DNA of 64,000 nucleotides from Octopus sinensis (taxonomy: Eukaryota), in assembly GCF_006345805.1 (NCBI RefSeq), contig NC_043021.1, forward strand, positions 18,786,001 through 18,850,000. The letters run 5' to 3'. The notes below the pieces were generated by a model. It was not told the origin of the DNA, did no database searches, and saw nothing but the letters and a program-made list of their open reading frames with translations. Position 1 is the first letter of the stretch; every line of letters starts with the position of its first letter. A program made the position numbers and the translations under genes. Positions 38,689 through 50,110 of the stretch are shown piece after piece.

Positions 38689-38693
38689 GTATG

Positions 38694-38733
<40 letters not shown>

Positions 38734-38775
38734 TGTATGTATATATATATGTATATATATATGTATGTATATATG

Positions 38776-38807
<32 letters not shown>

Positions 38808-39088
38808 TGTATGTATGTGTATATATATATATGTATGTATATATATATATATATCATCATCATCATCGTTTAGCATCCGCTTTCCATGCTGGCAAGGGTT
38901 GGACGGTCTGGCTGAGGACTGGCGAGCCAGATGGCTGCACCATCTGATCTGGCAGAGTTTCTACAGCTGGATGCCCTTCCTAACGCCAACCACTCTGAGG
39001 GTGTGGTGGGTGCTTTTACATGCCACTAGCACTCAGACACTACTGGCAATGGCCACACTCAAAAGGTGTTTTTTACATGCCACCTGCA
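38041..39088. mobile_element. Two family-D elements tail-to-tail (+38041-38304, -38853-39088) around a 550-bp TATG tract
   Basis: Both end in (GAT)n facing the microsatellite. Confidence 0.88.
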
Positions 39089-39102
39089 CATATATATATA
39101 TT

Positions 39103-39141
<39 letters not shown>

Positions 39142-39344
39142 GGAAACAACTTGTTTTATAAGACCATCACATTCTGTTGGCAAATAAGCTATATACATAT
39201 ATATTTACACAAACAATGTATATATATACACACAATCAACATATGTATATATATATATATATATATACACACACAAACATATAGATATATAAGCAGAAAC
39301 ATATATTTATACATACACATATATATGCAAATTTAGTTATATAA

Positions 39345-39425
<81 letters not shown>

Positions 39426-39535
39426 TATTGACATATATAAAAATCTACCTCAACAAAATAGAACGCGACCCGTGTGAGCATGGAAAAATGGTTGTGAAAA
39501 TGATGCTGCAAATGATGTATACTTATTTATCCATG

Positions 39536-39588
<53 letters not shown>

Positions 39589-40631
39589 CTATTTTTTTCT
39601 ACAGTTTGATGCCCTTTCTGTCACCAACCGTTACCTGTTTCCTGGTAAGGTCCTATTTCCCTATGACCAGACATGTTTTTATTGAAGAATTGGAATGCAG
39701 AACACTGTTTTTATGATACACACATTTGTTTCGACGTTCTTTATGGCAAACCAGCCTAATTAAATTAAATTAAATTTAATCAAGTCAATCTACCAAGTCT
39801 CATTGGTAAAGAAGCCAGGAGGAATAGATATACACGAGGCAGCAGCATTTGTGCCTCGGGAATATATACCCTAAATTTTCAATATATACCCTAAAGTTTA
39901 CGTCCCTGTCACTAGCGGTTCGGCAAAAGAGACTGATAGAATAAGTACTGGGCTTACAAAGAATAAGTCCCGGGTTCGATTTGCTCGACTAAAGGTGGTG
40001 CTCCAGCATGGCTGCAGCCAAATGACTGAAACAAGTAAAACAGTAAAAAAAAAAGAGAGTAAAGAGTATATATGTATGTATGTATGTGTGTGTGTGTGTG
40101 TGTGATCTTTTCACTTGTTTCAGTCAGTGGACTGCAACCATCCTGGAACACACCTTTGTATGTTTTGTTAAGCAAACAGATATGAACAACACTTACTTAT
40201 TCTATCATTGTTATTCACCAAATTGCTAAGTTACAGAGTTATAAACAAAGTAACCTGGTTTATCAAGCAATGTGAGGATAAACACCAACACACACATCCA
40301 TACATGAACATGCACACACATGTGTGTATGTGTGTGGATGCATATCTTTTGTTTCTTCCAATCTTCCATGAAAACATGTCTGGTCATGGGGAATATTCTC
40401 TTTCTCAGCAACAGTTGAGTGTTGGTGACTAGAAGAGCATCCCGCTGTAGAAAATTCACCTCTACAAATTCTGTCTGTCCCATGCAAGCACAGGAGAATG
40501 TATGTAAAAATGATGATCGTCACTTAGCGGTTCGGCAAAAGAGACCAATAGAATAAGTACTGGGCTTACAAAGAATAAGTCCCAGGGTCGATTTGCTCGA
40601 TTAAAGGCGAAACAAGTAAAAGAATAAAAGA

Positions 40632-40668
<37 letters not shown>

Positions 40669-40696
40669 GGTTTGGAGATGATGTACAGGTATTTTT

Positions 40697-40890
40697 TATT
40701 AGAAGAAATGAGGTACTCAGAAATTTGGCTGGTTTTATATTTACAGATATTTATTTGTATATTACATGTTTTTATACGTCATATAACTTATATCATATAT
40801 CATATATTAGCGCTTTAGTCCATTTTGGTGGAGTTTTCAATTTGAAATATAAAACCATCCAAATTTCTGAGTACCTCATTTCTTCTAATA
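40697..40890. repeat. Fold-back cassette, 46-bp inverted repeats with 1 mismatch
   Basis: 40697-40742 versus 40845-40890, embedded in (TA)n. Confidence 0.9.
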
Positions 40891-40936
<46 letters not shown>

Positions 40937-41246
40937 ATCCAAACAAGAAAGCTCAAAAAAACACAACAACGCGATTGGACTGCGTAACCTTGCAACCTTG
41001 CTTACAGCTACTAGGTTCCTCAAATGGTCACCCATCTAAGTGCTAATCAGGCTCAATAGTGCTTAACTTCACTGATCAGAAAAGAACCAGCAGATTCAAT
41101 GTTATATGGCAGTAAGACAATAAATATATGTGTTTGTATGTATATATTTAAATATGTTTGTAGTGACATACATGTATATTTGATTATACATATAAATGTA
41201 TACATGTTTTGTATGTATATGTGTGTGTATATATATTTCTTTACTG

Positions 41247-41468
41247 CCCACAAGGGGCTAAACATAGAGGGGACAAACAAGGACAGACAAAGGGATTAAG
41301 TCGATTACATCGACCCCTAGTACGAAACTGGTACTTTATTTATCGACCCCGAAAGGATGAAAGGCAAAGTTGACCTCGGCGGAATTTGAACTCAGAACGT
41401 AGCGGCAGATGAAATACCGCTAAGCGTTTCGCCCGGTGTGCTAACATTTCTACCAGCTCGCCGCCTTA
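41247..41468 (-). mobile_element. SINE-E
   Basis: Homologous to 8943-9165. Confidence 0.85.
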
Positions 41469-41516
41469 TGTGTGTGTATATATGTTACATGTAAAACTGT
41501 ATATATTTATTATATA

Positions 41517-41550
<34 letters not shown>

Positions 41551-41924
41551 AGTCCACCAAAAATTTAGATTCAAATGAATATGGTACTTAATTTAGATGC
41601 ACCAGAATTTTGTATGGTGTTATCCATAAAAATCCGTGGGGTGATTATTATCAAAATAAGCAACAAGAATGACTCCGGTAATTTGGTACGATCGTTTTGT
41701 ACTACATCATTTTATTAAATGTTGTAAGTATTACAACAGATTTAAGATGCCGAGTACTCATCAGCCAATTATAGAGGTTTTCCATTAATACAAAAATTTT
41801 CAAATCAAGTGGCAACATTATAGAGAAAGTAGATATATAGACAAAGATGTGGATTTAAATTTTAAGAACATGACTAAGATATGGTTGTTCCTGACTGAGC
41901 ATATATATATGCACATACAGATTT

Positions 41925-42520
41925 TGAGGTGCAGGTGTGGCTGTGTGGTAAGAACTTCACTTGCTTCCCAAGCATATACTTTCTGGTTCAATCCCAGTGC
42001 ATGGTACCTTGAGGTGACTAAAACCTTGTGAGTCAGTTTGGTAAAGAGAAACTGAAAGTAGCTCATCATATCCTTTTCTTTTACTTGTTTCAGCCATTTG
42101 ACTGCAGCCATGCTGGAGCACCACCTTGAAGGGTTTTGGTCGAATAAATCAACCCCAGGACTTATTTTTCTTAAAGCCTAGTACTTATTCTATTGGTTTA
42201 TTTTGCTGAACTGCTAGGTTGTTGGGAGGCGTTCGCACACCAATATCAGTTGTCAAGCAGTAATGGGGTACAAACATAGATACAATGACACACACACATA
42301 AATATATACATACTTATATATATATAAATATTATACATATATATATATATATATATATACGAGAAGCTTCTTTCAGTTTCCGCCTACCAAATCCACTCAG
42401 AAGGCTTTGATTGGCCTGAGGCTATAATGGAATACACATGCTCAAGGTACCATACAGTGGGACTGAACCCAGAACCATATGGTTGGGAAGTGAACGTCTT
42501 ACCACACAGCCAAGCCCTAT
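41925..42520. mobile_element. Inverted SINE-A pair (+ head 41925-42060; - copy 42075-42520)
   Basis: Homology to the other copies. Confidence 0.8.
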
Positions 42521-42772
42521 ATATATTTGTGTCTGTGTGTGTGTGTTTATACATATATGCACATGTTATATATATATACATATATGCACTTGTTATATAT
42601 ATATATATAGATAGATAGATAGATATGCACTTGTTATATATATATACACATATAGATATGTACATGTTATATATATATATGTAGATATGTACATGTTATA
42701 TATATATATGTAGATATGCACATGTTATATATATATGTATATACACATGTGATATATATATGTGTGTGCCAG

Positions 42773-42811
<39 letters not shown>

Positions 42812-42910
42812 TGAAGGAGATAAATTGAATATTAATTTAATTAATATCAATTTAAAACCAGTAGCCTAGCGTATAAAAAATCTGAAAAATCAGAAAAAAT
42901 TTCAATACAC

Positions 42911-43276
42911 ATGTATATTTAGGGATAAGCCACTAGGTGGATAACTATAGGCTAGAAGATCACATATGATCTAACTACAAATAAAAAAATGTTCTCCAGA
43001 GAAAATTCAGCGAACACCAGAACATAAGCGGGCAAGACAGATGAAAATTATATAAAAAATCAAGAATTAATCGTATACCTGTTTCGTCATTACCGAATAA
43101 ATTACTTACGTAATCCTTCGTCCGCAGAACTCGTCAGTACGATCGTTCCAATTTAATATAATTTGCAAAACTAAACACTAGTTGTCCATATAAAACTAGA
43201 CATGTGCTTAGTTCTACCGATTATATTGGGGTTAATTTCAAATTATCCACCTAGTGGTTTATCCCTAAATATACAT
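42911..43276. mobile_element. Fold-back cassette (34-bp inverted repeats) enclosing a hammerhead motif
   Basis: 42911-42944 versus 43243-43276, 1 mismatch. Confidence 0.8.
43070..43143 (-). ncRNA. Candidate type-I hammerhead ribozyme
   Basis: AUCGUA-CUGACGA-G...C-GAAA-C-AG-GUA-UACGAU: perfect 6-bp stem I, intact core, minimal stem III, short stem II closure. Confidence 0.6.
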
Positions 43277-43670
43277 ATATATATAATAAATTAATAAATA
43301 AAACATATGCATATATACATACATATATGTATGTACCTACCTCTACGTGTATATATACATGCATATATGGGTACAGGACACAAAAAAACATCGAACACAA
43401 TGAGAAACGAAAACATAAACACAAAAACAAGGAAATGGACATTACTTTTAAACAACGAAAAAATAGAGTACAGGACATACAAAACAAGGAAAATTCCCCT
43501 TCTTCAGTTGCCTTAGTTTAATCTACTCCACGTTTCTAAGGTCAGGGCGATACATGGCTTCAATAAAACTTTCCTTCCCGCGAAAATCAAATTAAATAAA
43601 ATTTGAGATTTTTTTTTGCGGAGGGGTAAAAATGGCAACAAAAACAGATGTGTGTGTGTGTATATATATA

Positions 43671-45130
43671 TACAAGGTCTGATCAATAATTATCTAAATT
43701 GGTTCTATAAAAACAAAACAATGGCACGTACCAATTTGGCATTTAATCTCCTTCAAAATAGTCGTCTTCAGAAGCCATACACTTAATCCAGTGCTGTTTC
43801 CATTGATGGAAGCATTTCTGGAACTCATTTTCTGGGATAATCAGCAGCTGCCTTGTCGGATTCACTTTGATTTCCTTGACCATCCGAAATTCTCTTCCTT
43901 TCAAGTGGGATTTGATATTTGGAAAGAGGGAAAAGTCACAAAGGGTGAGATCGGGAGAATGCTGTACCTAGCCAAAAACTGTTGCACAAACTGCATTTAA
44001 TGGGGGGTGCATTGTCATGGTGCAATTGCCACTCACCAGATGCATGCAGTTGTGGCCTTTTCTATTGAATAGAATTCCATAAATGGCACGAGACATCACA
44101 GTAGTACTCCTTGGTGGACCCCTACCTCTATCCTGAATTCTTCAGTGTACTCGTTGCCAACCCTCACCTTACTTACAGTGTCCCTGTACATGGCTTGCAC
44201 AAATCTCACTAACCATTCATCTATCCCTAGTTTCCTCATTGACCACTAGATAAGGGATCGGGGGACCCTGTCAAAGGCTTTCTCTATGCCAACAAAAGCC
44301 AGGTACAGGGGCTTATCTTTGGCTAGGTATTTTTCCTGCAGCTGTCTTACCAGAAATATGGCATCAGTGGTGCTTTTCCCTGGCACAAAACCAAACTGCA
44401 TCTCATCCAAGCTGACTCTCTCTGACCAGGTGGAGCATACTCATGATGAGTCAAAGAAAATGGTCAACAGTGTCTTCACATGACTGAGCTGTTGTTTTGG
44501 GGTCATAGCCATAGACCTACAATTCATCACCTGTTATAAATGTTTTCAAAAAATTTTCATTGTTCTCAACACAGTAAAGATCTTGTGCAACTGAAACCTG
44601 AGTGTCTTTTTGGTCAGCTGAAGCAGTTTTGGCACAAACTTAGCAGACACGCATCTCATACACAAATCTTCAGTGATAATGGACTGAACTGAACTGTAAC
44701 TAATCTGCACATCCTCTGATAACTCATGGATGGTGGTTCGATGATTCTCCCTCACAGCTGCATACATATCTGTGATGTTTTTCTCAGTTCTGCTGGTTTC
44801 GGGTTTCCCAGAACATTCATCAGTATCAACATTTATTCGACCATCTTGGAAACTTCTGAACCATTCATACACTTGTGTGTGGCTCATACACTCCTCTCCA
44901 TACACTTTCTGTAACCTTGCATAGGCCTCTGAGCAGGTATCGCCAAGCTTTTGGTAAATTTGATGCAGATTCTCTGCTCAACTTTCTCTGTCATGGTCAG
45001 TGTGACGATCACACACTACACACATTCCTTCCAAGCACTGCTGTAAACAGCACAAGTGAGCTAGGATGTTAAAACTTAGTGCTCATGCACAGCAGAGTTC
45101 AAAGTCAATCTGTGCCAAGCAGCTTCATAT
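43671..45130 (-). mobile_element. Mariner element, near full length but decayed, with an RTE RT fragment (44109-44423) inside the DDD domain
   Basis: ATG at 44994 (MTEKVEQRICIKF), HTH region, AKFVPKLL, ITGDE..VYGYDP, HHEYAPPGQ, LHHDNAP, HSPDLTLCDFSLFP, W.KC..SEDDYFEGD*. Confidence 0.9.
44109..44423 (-). mobile_element. Internal RTE RT fragment without tail or TSD
   Basis: VSLDEMQFGFVPGKSTTDAIFLVRQLQEKYLAKDKPLYLAFV...VGVHQG. Confidence 0.9.
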
Positions 45131-45135
45131 ATAAA

Positions 45136-47420
45136 ATCATCATCATCATCATCGTTTAATGTCCGCTTTCCATGCTAGCATGGGTTGGACGATTTTGACT
45201 GAGGGCTGGCGAACCAGATGGCTGCACCAGGCTTCAATCTTGATCTGGCAGAGTTTTTACAGCTGGATGCCCTTCCGAATGCCAACCACTCCAAGAGTGT
45301 AGTGGATGCTTTTTACGTGCCACCGGCACGGGGGCCAGTCAGGCAGTACTGGCAATGACCTTGCCCAAATCTTTTTACACATGCCACCAGAACAGGTGCC
45401 AGTAAGGTGACGTTAGTAATGATCATGCTCGAATCGTACCCTTTTACAAGACACCGGCACAGAAGCCAGTTGGCCACTCTGGCAACAATCACGCTCGGAT
45501 AGTGCTTTTGGCACCCTACTAGCATGGGCACAAGGTGACGCTGGTAATGATCACACTCAAATGGTGCCTTTTATGTGCTACTGGCACGGAAGCCGGTTAG
45601 CCGCTTTGTCAGCGATCACACCTGTATGGTGCTCTTTGCACCCTGCTAGCATGGATGCCAGTCATTGAATTTGATTCTGATTTTGATTTCACTTGCCTCA
45701 ACAGGTCTTTGCAAGTAGAGTTTAGTGTCCAAAGAAGGAAAAGGTATGCATAAGTGGGCTGGTTACGTCCCTGGCATAGGCCACAAAGTTATGGTCTCAT
45801 TTGGCTTGCTGGGTCTTCTCAAGCACAGCATATTTCCAAAAGTCTCGGTCACTAGTCATTTCCTTGGTGAGGCCTAATGTTCAAAGGTCGTGCTTCACCA
45901 TTTCATCCCAGGTCTTCCTGGGTCTACCTCTTCCACAGGTTCCCTCAACTGCTAGGGTGTGGCACTTTTTCACACAGATATCCTCATCCATTCTCACCAC
46001 ATGACCATACAAGTGCAGTCATCTCTCTTGCACATCACATCTGATGCTTCTTAGGTCCAACTTTTCTCTCAAGGTACTTACACTCTGTTGAGTATGCACA
46101 CTGACATTACACATCCATCGGGTCATACTGGCTTCATTCCTTGCAAGCTTATGCATGTCCTCTGCAGTCACAGCCCATGTTTCACTGCCATGTAGCATGG
46201 CTGTTCGTACACAAGTGTCATACAGTCTACCTTTTACTCTGAGTGAAAGGCCCTTTGTCACCAGCAGAGGTAAGAGCTCTCTGAACTTTGCCCAGGCTAT
46301 TCTTATTCTAGTAGCTACACTTTCAGTGCACCCTCCTCCACTACTGACTTGGTCACCTAGGTAACGGAAGCTATCAACTGCTTCTGGTTTTTCTCCCTGG
46401 AATGTGGCGGAAGTTGTTCTCTGCGCATTTTCAGTGTTTATTGCTCCCGAGCATTTGCCACGTACAAAAACTATCTTCCCAGTTAGCCTTCCTTTGATAT
46501 TACTGCACTTCTTGTGTGTCCATAGCTTACACTGGGTACATCTTATAGAGTTTCTACCTATGCCTCTACAAAAGATTGAGCAGGGCCATCTACCTGAGGG
46601 ATTTGTGTTTTGCCTGCCTTCCTACTTATTAGGACTTTTGTTTTAGCTAGGTTGATTCTAAGGCCCTTCGATTCTAATCCTTGTTTCCACACTTGAAACT
46701 TCTCCTCTAGTTCTGATAGTGACTCAGCAATTAGAGCAAGGTCATCAGCATAGAGGAGCTCCCAGTGGCATCCTGTCTTGAATTCCTCCGTTATTGCCTG
46801 GAGGACTATGATAAATAGGAGGGAGTTGAGGACTGGACCTTGGTGGACCCCTACTTCTACCCAGAATTCTTCAGTGTACTCGTTGCCAACCCTCAACATA
46901 CTTACAGCATCCCTGTACATGACTTGCACAGCTCTCACTAACCATTCATCTATCCCTAATTTCCTCATTGACCACCAGGTGAGGGATCGGGGGACCCTGT
47001 CGAAGGCTTTCTCCATGTCAACGAAAGCCAGGTACAGGGGTTTATCTTTGGCTAGGTATTTCTCCTGCAGCTGTCTTACCAGAAATATTGCATCAGTGGT
47101 GCTTTTCCCTGGCATGAACCCAAACTGCATCTCATCTAAACTGACTCTCTCTCTAATTAGTTGGGCTATGATCCTCTCCGTGACCTTCATTACTTGATCC
47201 AGCAACTTGATACCTCTGTAATTATTTGTATCTAAATTGTCACCTTTACCTTTGTAGCAGTTGACTATTATGCTGCTACACCAGTCATTGGGTATGACTC
47301 CTTCGTGTATCACCTGGTTAACTATAAGGGTGACTAGGCTATAGCCGACACTGCCAGATATTTTGAGCATCTCTGCAGTAATTCTTGATGGGCCTGGGGC
47401 TTTCCCTGTCTTCATACTTT
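45136..47420 (-). mobile_element. 5'-truncated RTE-clade LINE: RT (ORF 47415-46558), PHD-like finger, C-terminal domain, repeat-rich 3' UTR, (ATG)n tail
   Basis: KAPGP, NYRGIKLL, QFGFMPGKSTTDAIF, FVDMEKAFDRVP, GVHQG, LLYADDL, FRYLG, MLHGSETW, GRPRKTW; few stops or frameshifts. Confidence 0.95.
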
Positions 47421-47828
47421 TATATATATATACCTTGGATATCCTTGTTGCTTATTTTGATTATAATCACCCCATTTGATTTATATGGATACCATACCAA
47501 ATTCTGGTGCCTTTAACTTAAGTACCATATTCATCTGAATCTAAATTTTGCTGAACTTATATATATATATATATATCTACCAAATCCACTCATGGATTTG
47601 GCCCGGGACTATAGTAGATATTTACTCAAGGTACCATGCAATGGTACTGAACCATTTTAAAAATCTTTTAACTCCTGGATTAGTAGTTTCCTATATAAAG
47701 GCATCATTGCAGCATGTTTTGACAGAGCTATTCCTGCCTCACTCTTGATCAACTCTAGTATCCCATAGGATAGGCCAGATCTGGTTGGTTTGATCAGAAA
47801 ACAGGTAGGATATTTGGACCTGATTTGG

Positions 47829-47990
47829 ACCCACTACACTCTCGGAGTGGTTGGCGTTAGGAAGGACATCCAGCTGTAGAAACTCTGCCAGATCAAGATT
47901 GGAGCCTGGTGCGGCCGTCTGGTTCGCCAGCCCTCAGTCAAAATCGTCCAACCCATGCTAGCATGGAAGGCGGATGTTAAACGATGATGG
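47829..47990 (+). mobile_element. Family-D terminal fragment
   Basis: Homology to the RTE 3' end. Confidence 0.85.
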
Positions 47991-48218
47991 ATGGCCAGTT
48001 TAAATGCTAAAGGGTTAATGTGTTTCATTCTAAAGAGAGGTAACCCCTGTTATATTACTCTTGTCTCTACCATCTCTGAGTCAATGGTGACATCCATTAA
48101 TGATGTTGTCCAATGCACTGAATATCTCCCTCTCCTTAGTGACCATCGCTACTGCTTATTCAGTGCCAGATCTAATGGAAACCTACTATCTGAAGTCACT
48201 CACCACTGGCCTCTTGTT

Positions 48219-48510
48219 TTAGTGTACTCGTTGCCAACCCTCACCTTACTTACACCGTCCCTGTACATGGCTTGCACAGCTCTCACTAACCATTCATCTA
48301 TCCAGACAAGGGATCGGGGGACCCTGTCAAAAGCTTTCTCCATGTCAACGAAAGCCAGGTACCGGGGCTTATCTTTGGCTAGGTATTTCTCCTGCAGCTG
48401 TCTTACCAGAAATATGGCATCAGTAGTGCTTTTCCCTGGCATGAAACCAAACTGCATCTCATCCAAGCTGACTCTCTCCTTAATCTGTTGGGCTATGACC
48501 CTCTCCGTAA
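48219..48510 (-). mobile_element. Second isolated RTE RT fragment
   Basis: ORF 48466-48200 MDEMQFGFMPGKSTTDAIF...FVDMEKAFDRVP. Confidence 0.88.
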
Positions 48511-48771
48511 TCTCTTGTTTTAGAGAAGATCAATGTTGTTGCAAAGCTTTGACCATTTGACTATGTCCGACATACAGATCCCTATCTTGCCAATGGGCTC
48601 AACTCATCTTTTATCTCCTGGATTAGCAGTTTCCTATGTAAAGGCATCATTGCAGCATGTTTTGACAGATCTGTTCCTGCCTCACTCTTGATCAATTCTA
48701 GTATCCCATAGGTTTCGGTCCTTCTTTTTCAGAATATCCATTTCCTGGAATTTCTTCCCTCCTTACTCTTC

Positions 48772-49156
48772 TACTCTTTTACTTGTTTCAGTCATTTGAC
48801 TGTGGCCATGCTGGAGCGCCGCCTTTAGTTGAGTAAATCGAACCCAGGACTTATTCTTTGTAAGCCTAGCACTTATTCTATCAGTCTCTTTTGCCGAACC
48901 ACAACACACCAGCATCGGTTGTCAAGCGATGTTGGGGAGACAAACACAGACACACAAACATATACACATACATACATATATATATATACACATATATACG
49001 ATGGGCTTCTTTCAGTTTCCGTCTACCAAATCCACTCACAAGGCTTTGGTCGGCCTGAGGCTATAGAAGAAGACACTTGCCCAAGGTGTCACGCAGTGAG
49101 ACTGAACCCGGAACCATGTGGTTCGTAAGCAAGCTACTTACCACACAGCCACTCCT
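48772..49156 (-). mobile_element. SINE-A, full length
   Basis: Homology to the other copies. Confidence 0.9.
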
Positions 49157-49359
49157 TATGCATTTTTTTCTGAAACTTTTGATTTACAAAGGTGCTAGAA
49201 GAATGTTATTGGCATTAATCAAAGAAATACAGAAAAATTGGTGGCAACAGAAAGCAATAAAACTTAAAAACTCTCCTGATGGTCCTAATCTCATAAATTT
49301 CTTTGTGAAAACAAATGTTTTTGCCCAGTATGTGCCTCTCATATCACAATTGTAACATT

Positions 49360-49735
49360 TCATATATATATATATATATATAAATGGCAAAATGTCTGTG
49401 TGTGTGTGTATCCTTTAAACAAATCCACAATTTTTCAGTTAGAGGGCTCGCACTTTCTATGGTCATTCAAAACCGTCCAAGGGTGGTCGTGCACATCTTT
49501 ACATTTCCCCAGTCACCCCGCAAAGCCATTAAAAAAATCAATAGAAGTAACTTTTTTGTGAATTTTCTATCCAAAACCCAATCAAAATTCCTGAAACTTG
49601 ATACGCCAATTGAATGCCAGCTAGCTGTATATGATTGGTCGGAGATTTGGACAGTATTCGCGTGTATGTGCGCACACATGCAGCTGTATATGCATGCACT
49701 AGCACTATGACCTGGCGTTGCTGGGTCATTGTGCT

Positions 49736-49738
<3 letters not shown>
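49360..49738 (+). mobile_element. Non-autonomous Helitron copy 2
   Basis: Collinear with 10664-11037; 3' palindrome degenerate. Confidence 0.8.
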
Positions 49739-49773
<35 letters not shown>

Positions 49774-50072
49774 TCATAAAAAGCACCTTTCAGGCACTGG
49801 GCCTCACAGATGCAATGACAAGTGACCAAGACCTTAGGCAATATGCTGTGCTTGAGAAGACTCATCAAGCCAAGTGAAATTGTAGTCATGGCAGATACTG
49901 GTGTCACGCAACTGGAACCCGTTACACTCTTGGATTGGTTGGCGTTAGGAAGAGCATCCAGTCATAGAAACAATGCTAAATGTGGTTGAAGTCTGGTGCA
50001 GCCCCTCAGCTTACCATCTCTGGCCAAACCATCCAACACATGCCAGTATGGTCAAAGAATGTTAAATGATGA

Positions 50073-50110
<38 letters not shown>

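Noticed and set aside
32904-39336. Many long MYIY/YIHT ORFs (up to 331 aa)
   Set aside because: TA/TATG microsatellite translations with no protein-like composition.
46404-47197. Plus-strand ORFs over the RTE (and 20724-21623 over the CR1)
   Set aside because: Antisense shadows of reverse-transcriptase frames.
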